From: Bdellovibrionales bacterium
GTDB lineage: Bacteria > Bdellovibrionota > Bdellovibrionia > Bdellovibrionales > JAUICD01
Length of the DNA stretch: 64,000 nt
Direction: 5' to 3'
NCBI GenBank assembly: GCA_965262715.1
Contig: OZ253553.1
Span: 608,001 to 672,000 of the forward strand
Notes under the pieces: generated by a model
Databases searched by the model: none
What the model was told of the DNA's origin: nothing
What the model saw: only the letters and a program-made list of their open reading frames with translations
Part shown: positions 50,748-58,549 of the stretch, in pieces
Position numbering within the stretch: position 1 is the first letter of the stretch
Layout of the letters: every line of letters begins with the position of its first letter
Position numbers and translations under genes: made by a program

Positions 50748-51698
50748 ATGAGGATATTAGGCTTATTTCTATCGATAATGATGTTAAGTGTTTTTGCAAA
50801 TGCTAATATTTGCGATCCAGGTTGGCTTGCAGGCGATGATGGAAATGGTGTAAGGTCTTTTATAAGAGCTGGAGCAGATCCTAATCAAACTTGTAATGCT
50901 GCAACCCGTAACCGTCCTTTACATCAAGCGTTGCTTGATGACAGAGTTGATCCGAGTGTGATTGAGGCTTTGATTGATGCGGGTGCTGATCTTTACGCTG
51001 AAAATACTTATAGAGAGACTCCGATAGAATATGCCCAAGGTCGATTTAGTAGATTGAGAATAGCTTTTTCAGAAAGTGGTAATAGTGTATTATTACTAAG
51101 GGAAGAGGCACTTTATAATAGGATCATGAATACCTCTAGTGATGCATCGAGTGCTGTGGCAGATGCTCATGGTCAGCTTTGTGACTTAAATTGGTGGCGG
51201 CGTTCTGCCAGCGGTCCTGCTGTTCAGCAGTTGCTAAGTATCCCTGGAGTAGATCCTGATTACGTTTGCAATTTCAATAATGATCTCATCATCCACCAAC
51301 CCTTAAAGCTCGCCTCTTTCTCTCCTATGTTACCAGAAGGTGTTTTTTGGGGGATAAAGGCTCTTGTTGATGCTGGTGCCAGTCTTTCTGCAAGAAATGA
51401 TACTGGTGATACTGCAGTAAGCCTTGCAGGGATTCGATATGACCGAGTCACGGATAGAATGATTCAACATCAAATCAGATGGTGTAGAAGTGAGATCACA
51501 GGTCAACAACTTGAAAGTGAGGTAACGCAGAATATGTATGATACAGGGACTTATTTATATATTACATCTTCTGCTACAGGACAGTCTTATGATCAAGCAA
51601 AAGCAGCAATGATGATGGAACTTTATAGAATAGAGGGCACTAGTGGGTCAATGGATTATAGGGTATTATGTCTTGTTAGAGGAGTTAATGTAAGATAA
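50748..51698 (+). CDS. Secreted Cys-containing ankyrin-like protein, paralog 3
   Basis: AAGGAG RBS, MRILGLFLSIMM signal peptide; ICDPGWL, NRPLHQA, LCDLNWW motifs shared with the paralogs. Confidence 0.8.
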   Translation: MRILGLFLSIMMLSVFANANICDPGWLAGDDGNGVRSFIRAGADPNQTCNAATRNRPLHQALLDDRVDPSVIEALIDAGADLYAENTYRETPIEYAQGRFSRLRIAFSESGNSVLLLREEALYNRIMNTSSDASSAVADAHGQLCDLNWWRRSASGPAVQQLLSIPGVDPDYVCNFNNDLIIHQPLKLASFSPMLPEGVFWGIKALVDAGASLSARNDTGDTAVSLAGIRYDRVTDRMIQHQIRWCRSEITGQQLESEVTQNMYDTGTYLYITSSATGQSYDQAKAAMMMELYRIEGTSGSMDYRVLCLVRGVNVR

Positions 51699-51938
51699 GA
51701 TTATGAATGTTGTTGACTAGAGGACTCTTCTAGTCATCTGGTAATCAGGCAGTCGGGCAATCGGTATCGGGCAAACTGGCAACTAGTCTCTGGGACTTGT
51801 TTTAAATTCTCTCGGTCCAACTCAGGGACATAGTTAACACTTTCAGTTAACTTCAATTAAAATTTTACCTAAGACAATATCACTGAAAAGTTTTTAAATA
51901 TCGATAATAAATTGTTTATTTTAAGTAATAATTTATTC

Positions 51939-52086
51939 ATTGTGGCAGGCTTCTTCACTGGCCATAGGCAACCCCTGTTCCCTGTATTTCTGTGAATCTA
52001 TGATTTCATGATAGAATAAAATAATTTTTTATAAACCCTACTTTCTGAGGCACTGGCCTGAGCCTACTTCAAAAGCCTGCCACAAT
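51939..52086. mobile_element. 148-bp element with perfect 14-bp terminal inverted repeats (MITE-like or structured RNA)
   Basis: ATTGTGGCAGGCTT at 51939 and AAGCCTGCCACAAT ending at 52086; no ORF inside. Confidence 0.5.
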
Positions 52087-52278
52087 TCTCATAATCTCAC
52101 AATCATTCTACTAATACTTAAGGTTCTATTTATTGAACCCAAGTTTTAATATTTTGTTAATCTACCAACCTTAAAATTTAATAATATAAATTGTATATAT
52201 CCAATTTAATTTTTCTCAGTTTCCGGCATCTCGGTTTCCCAGAAACCGGATAAAAAACCTTCTTAAATAATATCAACT

Positions 52279-52578
52279 TTAAGTATTTTGACATAATTTA
52301 TACAAAAAAGCTCCTAATCTATCCGCCTCTTTAATGAATTCTTGATGACCAATGATATCTAATATAGCTTGCACCTCTCTTAAAGAGCCAAGACTTATTC
52401 TATAAAACTTCCTACGATCTTTTGCTGTAGGTTTCGCTGTGCCCTCGGCTAAATTAAGTACAATACTTAGTAATGCTCTTTGAAACTGATTTTTAAGTGG
52501 TTCTTTCAATTTTAAATCACTTGATTGATGATAGAATTGAATGGCTAAATGGTAAGTTTTAAATTTTTGCATCGTCAT
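52279..52578 (-). CDS. Four-helix-bundle protein (23S rRNA IVP / Avd-like fold family)
   Basis: LKNQFQRALLSIVLNLAEG...RRKFYRISLGSLREVQAIL signature. Confidence 0.92.
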   Translation of the reverse strand: MTMQKFKTYHLAIQFYHQSSDLKLKEPLKNQFQRALLSIVLNLAEGTAKPTAKDRRKFYRISLGSLREVQAILDIIGHQEFIKEADRLGAFLYKLCQNT

Positions 52579-52642
52579 AAAAATTTCCTCCTTTATTAAA
52601 ACCCGTCAGGGCTTGGGAGGAAATTTTTTAGATGCACAAATT
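52562..52642 (-). promoter_or_regulatory. Long hairpin occluding the RBS and start of the four-helix-bundle gene
   Basis: On the mRNA, AATTTGTGCATC-TAAAAAATTTCCTCC pairs with GGAGGAAATTTTTA-(TGAC)-GATGCAAAAATT. Confidence 0.7.
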
Positions 52643-52865
52643 CAAAACAGATTCAGTTGCCTGATACAGATTGCCTGTTTGCCAGACTGCCGGATTGCCC
52701 AGATCCCAGATAAATAAAACTGTATCAAAATAGATCATCCTCTCTCTTAAAAACTATAAAGAATATCTTTAAGTAAATATTCAATAATTATTCTTAATGT
52801 CCAAATTTTTGACTCTTTTTTTAATCATAGACACTTAAAATCCATTAAACATCTCTTTAGTGGTT

Positions 52866-52881
52866 AGGCATACCTCTTGCA
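52866..52881 (+). promoter_or_regulatory. Sigma-54 -24/-12 promoter
   Basis: AGGCATACCTCTTGCA (GG-N10-GC) about 35 nt upstream of GTG 52916. Confidence 0.6.
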
Positions 52882-52915
52882 TCTATTAAAGTGAATAGTT
52901 TGTAGGGGGTTTAAA

Positions 52916-54514
52916 GTGGAGAGGGTTAAAAAAATCTTTTTTAGCCAAAATTTATCTTTAGTAAATATATTTTTAATTTATATATTTTTGTCAGTGTTAA
53001 TACCAATACAAGGACAAGGACAAGGACGAGGACAAATAGATCCCTTGAGAAGAGAGACTGTGAGAGCAGGAGAACCCACTGAACCTTCTCCAGGTGGTGG
53101 TGTTGGAGCTTGCAGTGGGGCCTATGACTTTGCAATCGGTCAAGTTTGCAATGAATCCAAATGGTCCCATTTAAATAAAGCTGCTATCTCCTTTTCCTCC
53201 AAGCTTAATAGTGGCGATATTAAGGGTGCCTGTGAATCAGCAAAATCCCTTAACTTTCTTGGCGGGGGTATTAATACCCACTTTATGAACTCTTGTGGTG
53301 GTGCGCTTACAATTTGTATAAGTAAATGTACAGAAGAAATAGGGACGTTAAAAACTGTGTTAGACGCTAAAAAAGCGGCTCTTGTAGCAGGAGGAGCAGA
53401 TCCAGAAATAGTAAAAATTGAAGCTCAAATAACTCAAGCTAAAACAAATATGGGTACCTGCAAATCCAAGAAGACGTCAAATCGAGTGGGTGGTCTTGCG
53501 CAAATAGCTCAGAATGCAATAGCCTTCGAAAGCTCTGGAAAGTGCTCTGAGGATGTTACTGATGATGGCCCTTCTCTTGTTTCTACAACTTGCCAAAGTT
53601 TCCCTCCATCTTTGCAAGCTTTGTGCCATCAAAATGGCCCTCAAAGCCTCTGTCAACAACACCCTGATCTTGCTATTTGTAGAAGACTTCAACTAAATAA
53701 TCTAAATGATAATAATAACCCCGATCCAAATCTAGTACCTGAAAGAGAAAGATTCACTTCTGAAACTTGTCTTACAAATCCCTCAGCCTCTGGATGTAAA
53801 GGTACTATTTGCAACTCCCTTTCTTCAGCACCTTTAAGAGATGTTTGCAATACAGATGGTGTTGAATCACTTTGTAACAATATTCCAAACCTTCCTCAAT
53901 GTAGAAGTTTTACAAATCAGAGAGGTGGAAGTGTCAATTGTGGCGCGCTTCCTAGTGAAGGCCTTGCAGATGAATGCCGCAGTTTAGGAGCTGGTGATTT
54001 TTGCCAAAAACACTCACAGCTAACTATTTGTAAAAATCAAGATGGTCAAAATAAACTTGCCAACTTAGAAAAAGGCGGCGGTAGTGGCACTGGCACTGGT
54101 GGTGGATCAGGTTTATTTGGCGGTGGCTCTGGCGGTGGAGGAGACAATGGCTTTGGATCAGGTTCTGATGGTTTGGAGAGAGGTAGTCATCGTAGTGGTT
54201 CTGGCGGAAGAGTAGAAGCTTTAGATAGAATTCGTACTGGTGGCGGCGGAGGAGCCGGCGGTGGTGGCGGTTCTGCTGGCAGAAGAAGAGGTTATAATTT
54301 CTCTCCAGGGAAATTTAGACCTCCTAATTTTAAAAGCCTTTTTGGTAAAAAGAAGAAAGAGCAAGAGCGAAGTATTAGCTCAGTAAATTCAAGTAATAAG
54401 ATCACTAGTGCTAATGGACTGACAAACTTTCAAAAAGTCTCACGAAGCTATAAAGCAAGGTATCCAGTCTTTTTTGGAACAAAAACTCAACAACAAGCTA
54501 ATAAAACGTTCTAA
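52916..54514 (+). CDS. Exported Cys-rich, Gly-rich hypothetical protein
   Basis: Hydrophobic N-terminus, three 4-Cys repeats, poly-Gly tract, basic C-terminus. Confidence 0.7.
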   Translation: MERVKKIFFSQNLSLVNIFLIYIFLSVLIPIQGQGQGRGQIDPLRRETVRAGEPTEPSPGGGVGACSGAYDFAIGQVCNESKWSHLNKAAISFSSKLNSGDIKGACESAKSLNFLGGGINTHFMNSCGGALTICISKCTEEIGTLKTVLDAKKAALVAGGADPEIVKIEAQITQAKTNMGTCKSKKTSNRVGGLAQIAQNAIAFESSGKCSEDVTDDGPSLVSTTCQSFPPSLQALCHQNGPQSLCQQHPDLAICRRLQLNNLNDNNNPDPNLVPERERFTSETCLTNPSASGCKGTICNSLSSAPLRDVCNTDGVESLCNNIPNLPQCRSFTNQRGGSVNCGALPSEGLADECRSLGAGDFCQKHSQLTICKNQDGQNKLANLEKGGGSGTGTGGGSGLFGGGSGGGGDNGFGSGSDGLERGSHRSGSGGRVEALDRIRTGGGGGAGGGGGSAGRRRGYNFSPGKFRPPNFKSLFGKKKKEQERSISSVNSSNKITSANGLTNFQKVSRSYKARYPVFFGTKTQQQANKTF

Positions 54515-54579
54515 TATAATTTTTTTATCTGGCACTCTACCCCCAAGAAACCGGTTTCCATGAACCTGGAAATAAAATA

Positions 54580-54945
54580 TTATTTTTTGGATTCTTCTTG
54601 AAAATTACGGATTTCCTGTTTTGAAAGGCCAGTTATTTCAGATACCTTCTCTACACTCATATCAGCTTTAAGTAGTTTTAATATCACTTCCTGTCTTTCT
54701 TTCTGTCTTCCTTCCTGCATTCCTTTCTGTCTTCCTTCCTGCATTCCTTTCTGTCTTCCTTCCTGCATTCCTTTCTGTCTTCCTTCCTGCATTCCTTTCT
54801 GTCTTCCTTCCTGCATTCCTTTCTGTCTTCCTTCTTGCATTCCTTTCTGTCTTCCTTCTTGCATTCCTTTTTGCAGGCCTTCTTGTTCCCATGCTTGACA
54901 GTTTTTTTGAACAATTTCTGCTATAGTTAAATCAAGTTCTTTCAT
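54580..54945 (-). CDS. Stand-alone copy of the Rpn C-terminal region (RpnS-like, 121 aa)
   Basis: Starts exactly at the internal Met (MKELDL) of 54964..56067, has its own AAGGAA RBS and more QKGMQEGR repeats. Confidence 0.8.
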   Translation of the reverse strand: MKELDLTIAEIVQKNCQAWEQEGLQKGMQEGRQKGMQEGRQKGMQEGRQKGMQEGRQKGMQEGRQKGMQEGRQKGMQEGRQKERQEVILKLLKADMSVEKVSEITGLSKQEIRNFQEESKK

Positions 54946-54963
54946 GATATTTCCTTGATGATT

Positions 54964-56067
54964 TCAATTGTCACTTTTATTTATAGGTTCTTCTTGAAAA
55001 TTACGGATTTCCTGTTTTGAAAGGCCAGTTATTTCAGATACCTTCTCTACACTCATATCAGCTTTAAGTAGTTTTAATATCACTTCCTGTCTTTCTTTCT
55101 GTCTTCCTTCCTGCATTCCTTTCTGTCTTCCTTCTTGCATTCCTTTTTGTATTCCTTCCTGCATTCCTTTTTGCAGGCCTTCTTGTTCCCATGCTTGACA
55201 GTTTTTTTGGACAATTTCTGCTATAGCTAAATCAAGTTCTTTCATGATATTTTCTCCTCCTAGCTCTTCTGTGATTTCTTTTGAAACTTCATTTAACAAC
55301 CCCTTTGCTAGCTCTGGGTTGTATTGAAGAAGGTAGCTTTTTATACCCAATAGCACATTTATTATATACTCTTTTTCCTCACCTTGTAAGTCCTTTTTTA
55401 CTGATGACAAAATCTTATGTAATGCTGCTTTCTTCTCCTTTAAGCTCTTAAGTTTATTTAAAGACCAAATTTGTTTAAATGTATATAAAATTGGCCTTAT
55501 CCTCTTTATTGCCTTATTTTCTATATCAAATTCAGATAAATTAAAAAAATAAGGAGTGAAATTTATAAGATATTGAGAGATTTGCTCTAAACCTCTCTTT
55601 GAAAAAACTCCTCTAGAAACCCAATCTTCATGTAAAGAAAATAATGGGTTCCATTTTTTATGACCATGATAAAAAATAATAGTTAAAACTGGAGGTAAAA
55701 AATCTTCATCATCATCATAATGTTTCTCCATCATTATTAATTGGTATTTCAGTAATTGTTGTATGACTCTTCTTTCTGGCCAACTTTTATGATCTACAAT
55801 AAAAAGAATATCTGTTTCCTTTTTAGATTTTTTAAGTTTTACAGTTAAAATTAAATCGACTCTTATTTCTAAACTTTTAATAGCAATACTGTTTTCAATC
55901 TTTAAGGTAGATAAATCAAGAAGGTATAAAATAGATTGAGGTAAAATTGTTTTTAGTAATGCTATTAGCTCCTTGTTGCCAGAAAAAAGTCTTCTAAAAA
56001 ATAAATCGTGAGGATGCCCTCTAGACGAATTTATCTGTTTATTATTGTTATTGCGATGAACTGACAT
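54964..56067 (-). CDS. Rpn family recombination-promoting nuclease / putative transposase (Transposase_31-like)
   Basis: HPHDLFFR, LDLSTLK, RVDLI...IVDHKS, QLLKY, PVLTIIFYHG..KW, QKGMQEG repeats, VSEITGLS. Confidence 0.9.
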   Translation of the reverse strand: MSVHRNNNNKQINSSRGHPHDLFFRRLFSGNKELIALLKTILPQSILYLLDLSTLKIENSIAIKSLEIRVDLILTVKLKKSKKETDILFIVDHKSWPERRVIQQLLKYQLIMMEKHYDDDEDFLPPVLTIIFYHGHKKWNPLFSLHEDWVSRGVFSKRGLEQISQYLINFTPYFFNLSEFDIENKAIKRIRPILYTFKQIWSLNKLKSLKEKKAALHKILSSVKKDLQGEEKEYIINVLLGIKSYLLQYNPELAKGLLNEVSKEITEELGGENIMKELDLAIAEIVQKNCQAWEQEGLQKGMQEGIQKGMQEGRQKGMQEGRQKERQEVILKLLKADMSVEKVSEITGLSKQEIRNFQEEPINKSDN

Positions 56068-56347
56068 TAAAAAATACCCCTAACCTTTTCTCTAACTGTA
56101 ACTTCAATCCAAAAATGACTTTAGAAGTCATACTTCTTTATGCACATCACATTATTGATGATCGAAAATAATACATACAAAATACATGCCAACATTTTTG
56201 AAGCTAAAATGCTAATAAATGGTCTTTTAAGAGTTGAAAGTAAGATTTTGTCCTAAAGGTCGGACACAAAGCCGGATTTTACGGATCTTAAATAGAATAA
56301 AACTAAGTTTAAATAAAAGAGAAATATCTCTTTTTTATTAACTGTTA

Positions 56348-56611
56348 TGCCAGTTCATGAAATCCAGTTCCTAAAAATTCCGGATTTCCAGAAGACGGAT
56401 CCCGGAAGCCGGAAACTGATTGCCCGACTGCCGGATTGAGCTGGACCTTCAATTTCTTTCTTAAATCCAAAATCATTGCCCTGAGGCCAGACTCTTGCCC
56501 ATTTCTATCATTAGCTTTTGTCACCACTTATCTCTTTTGAATCTATATATAATGCTTGCAAATAAAAAAATTGAACTTGAATGGTCATGCCCGACTGTCG
56601 GTTTCTCGGAA
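56348..56611. repeat. REP-like arms plus inverted copy of the conserved non-coding insert
   Basis: Reverse complement of 46697-46960, lacking the GAGGCTCGCCTCAC mini-hairpin. Confidence 0.85.
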
Positions 56612-56620
56612 AAATAACTT

Positions 56621-57487
56621 CTAATCCCTTTGCCCAAAGCGTAATTTACTGCGAAGAATATCAAAGTAATCACTATCAGGGGGCATAATCATTTGAAGCT
56701 TTTTTTGAGCTTTTTTGATAATAATAGTGTCTTCAAATGTTAAGTCCTTCTCTCCTTGACCATCTACTAAAAAAACAGCCTTTTGAGTTTGATTTGTAAG
56801 TTTTATTTCAATAGTTTGTTCATTAGAAATAACTAAAGGTCTATTTGTTAAACTATGAGAACAAATAGGTGTGATCAATGTCACGGGAACCTCAGGATAA
56901 ACAATAGGTCCACCTGCTGCTAAGTTGTATGCTGTAGATCCTGTAGGTGTAGATACAACCAGGCCATCTGCCTTTAGCTCTGTTATAAGTCGACCGTTAG
57001 CAGTGATGGACATATAAATTAAACGACCTGATCCACTCCTTTCAAAAACAATGTCATTTAAAGCAAAAAAATGAGAAGGCTTTTTATTATTTTTTTTAAG
57101 CGCTACTTCTAAAAGAACTCTATTAGAGATTGGTAGTTTTCCTTTTAAAGCTTTAAGTAGATTGGCTTTGATATCTTTTTGTGGAGATTGAGTGAGAAAA
57201 CCAAAGGAGCCTAAATGTACTCCTAATATAGGTACCAGTTTGTCATGGAACATTCGAACTGTGTGCAGGTAAGTGCCATCACCTCCTAAAACTAAAGCAA
57301 AATCAAGTTTTGAAATATTTGATTTGTTAATTACCTTCGTTTGAGGGATGAGCTTTTGATCAGGATGGCTATAACATTCACAGTTCTTAGAAGAAAGCCA
57401 TTTCACAATATCAATGGCCATATCCCAAGCCTTCTTTTTACTAGGTCGATAAGTAACAGCAATTCTATGTACTTTATGATCTGTCAT
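56621..57487 (-). CDS. nadK: NAD kinase
   Basis: LGGDGTYL, LGSFGFL, ALNDI, ADGLVVSTPTGSTAYNLAAGGP. Confidence 0.96.
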   Translation of the reverse strand: MTDHKVHRIAVTYRPSKKKAWDMAIDIVKWLSSKNCECYSHPDQKLIPQTKVINKSNISKLDFALVLGGDGTYLHTVRMFHDKLVPILGVHLGSFGFLTQSPQKDIKANLLKALKGKLPISNRVLLEVALKKNNKKPSHFFALNDIVFERSGSGRLIYMSITANGRLITELKADGLVVSTPTGSTAYNLAAGGPIVYPEVPVTLITPICSHSLTNRPLVISNEQTIEIKLTNQTQKAVFLVDGQGEKDLTFEDTIIIKKAQKKLQMIMPPDSDYFDILRSKLRFGQRD

Positions 57488-57580
57488 AAACTCTCCTTTA
57501 ACCTTCTTAAGATACTCTTCTCTTATACACTCACCTTAAAAAAGTCAATCACTCTCACTTAAAGTGTTTTTTATAAATAA

Positions 57581-58549
57581 TTATTGATAAATAATATCTT
57601 CACAAATAGAAGCTTCCTTTTTTACATGGCAATTTGAAAGAATAACGCTATCTTGTACATAAATATTTGATTCTAATTTCACATTATCTCCTATCACACA
57701 ATACCCTTTTAAGTTCACATTCTCTTCTATACAAACATTTTGACCTAATAAAATATTAGAGTCAGTATGAGGTTCTGGTTTTAAATAATGTGATAGGATA
57801 TCTTGAAGATAAGAGGATGTTTTTTTTAGCTCTAATAAAGCCTTTGTTGTTTTTAAAAAATTAGTTTTATCACCAGTTTCAAACCAAGAGCCCTTTTCGT
57901 GAAAACAAAAGACATTCTCTTTTTTTATTATCAATTTTAGTAAAACATCTGTAAAAATATGAGTGTCAAAATTAGCAAGTTGAAGGTACTCAAAGATACG
58001 TTTTGATAGTATATAATATCCTGTAAAATGTTCTCCAACAGCAGAATCATTAGGATTTTGATGGCCAAAATCTATAATCTTATTTGTCTTTTTATCAAAC
58101 CAAACTAAAGAATGTTGATCTAAGTGCTTATAAGGTGTCAAAACTAATGTGGCTAAGGCATCTTTTAATTTATGTTCTTGATAAACTCTTTTTAAAAAAT
58201 AAGGATCTTCAGGAAGGAACACTGTATCTCCATTGACAACAAGAAAATGCTCTTGATCTTGAAGATGTTTTTTTGCATTGTAAATACCACCAGCTGACCC
58301 TAATAAATGAGGTCTTTCTTCACTGAAACACAAAGAGGCCTTATCTTTTAACCCATTAAGAGTCTTAGACATTATATGAGGCAGGTGATGTAGATTGCAC
58401 ACCCAATGTTTCATATCTGCTTTTAAAAGAGGGTGTAAGGCATAGTAGACGATAGGGATGTTTAAAAGAGGGAGTGCTGGTTTAGGTATGACATTTGTTA
58501 TAGGTAGTAGCCTTTTTCCTAAACCGGCTGTAAAAATAAAAGATTTCAT
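57581..58549 (-). CDS. Sugar-phosphate nucleotidyltransferase (MurU-like)
   Basis: AGLGKRLLPIT..IPKPALP, NLHHLP, LGSAGG, VVNGD; coupled downstream of an AmgK-like kinase. Confidence 0.8.
   Translation of the reverse strand: MKSFIFTAGLGKRLLPITNVIPKPALPLLNIPIVYYALHPLLKADMKHWVCNLHHLPHIMSKTLNGLKDKASLCFSEERPHLLGSAGGIYNAKKHLQDQEHFLVVNGDTVFLPEDPYFLKRVYQEHKLKDALATLVLTPYKHLDQHSLVWFDKKTNKIIDFGHQNPNDSAVGEHFTGYYILSKRIFEYLQLANFDTHIFTDVLLKLIIKKENVFCFHEKGSWFETGDKTNFLKTTKALLELKKTSSYLQDILSHYLKPEPHTDSNILLGQNVCIEENVNLKGYCVIGDNVKLESNIYVQDSVILSNCHVKKEASICEDIIYQ

Noticed and set aside
45400..52712. Integron cassette array
   Set aside because: No integron integrase, no consistent attC RYYYAAC/GTTRRRY boxes, and genes lie on both strands with their own promoters.
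47028..56067. Diversity-generating retroelement (Avd-like gene plus near-identical repeats)
   Set aside because: No reverse transcriptase in the window; the duplicated Rpn tails differ mainly in repeat number and not by adenine-specific substitutions.
47365..56527. Short ORFs 47365..47577, 50215..50397 and 56345..56527
   Set aside because: They run through GC-rich palindromic repeats and frames are not conserved between repeat copies.
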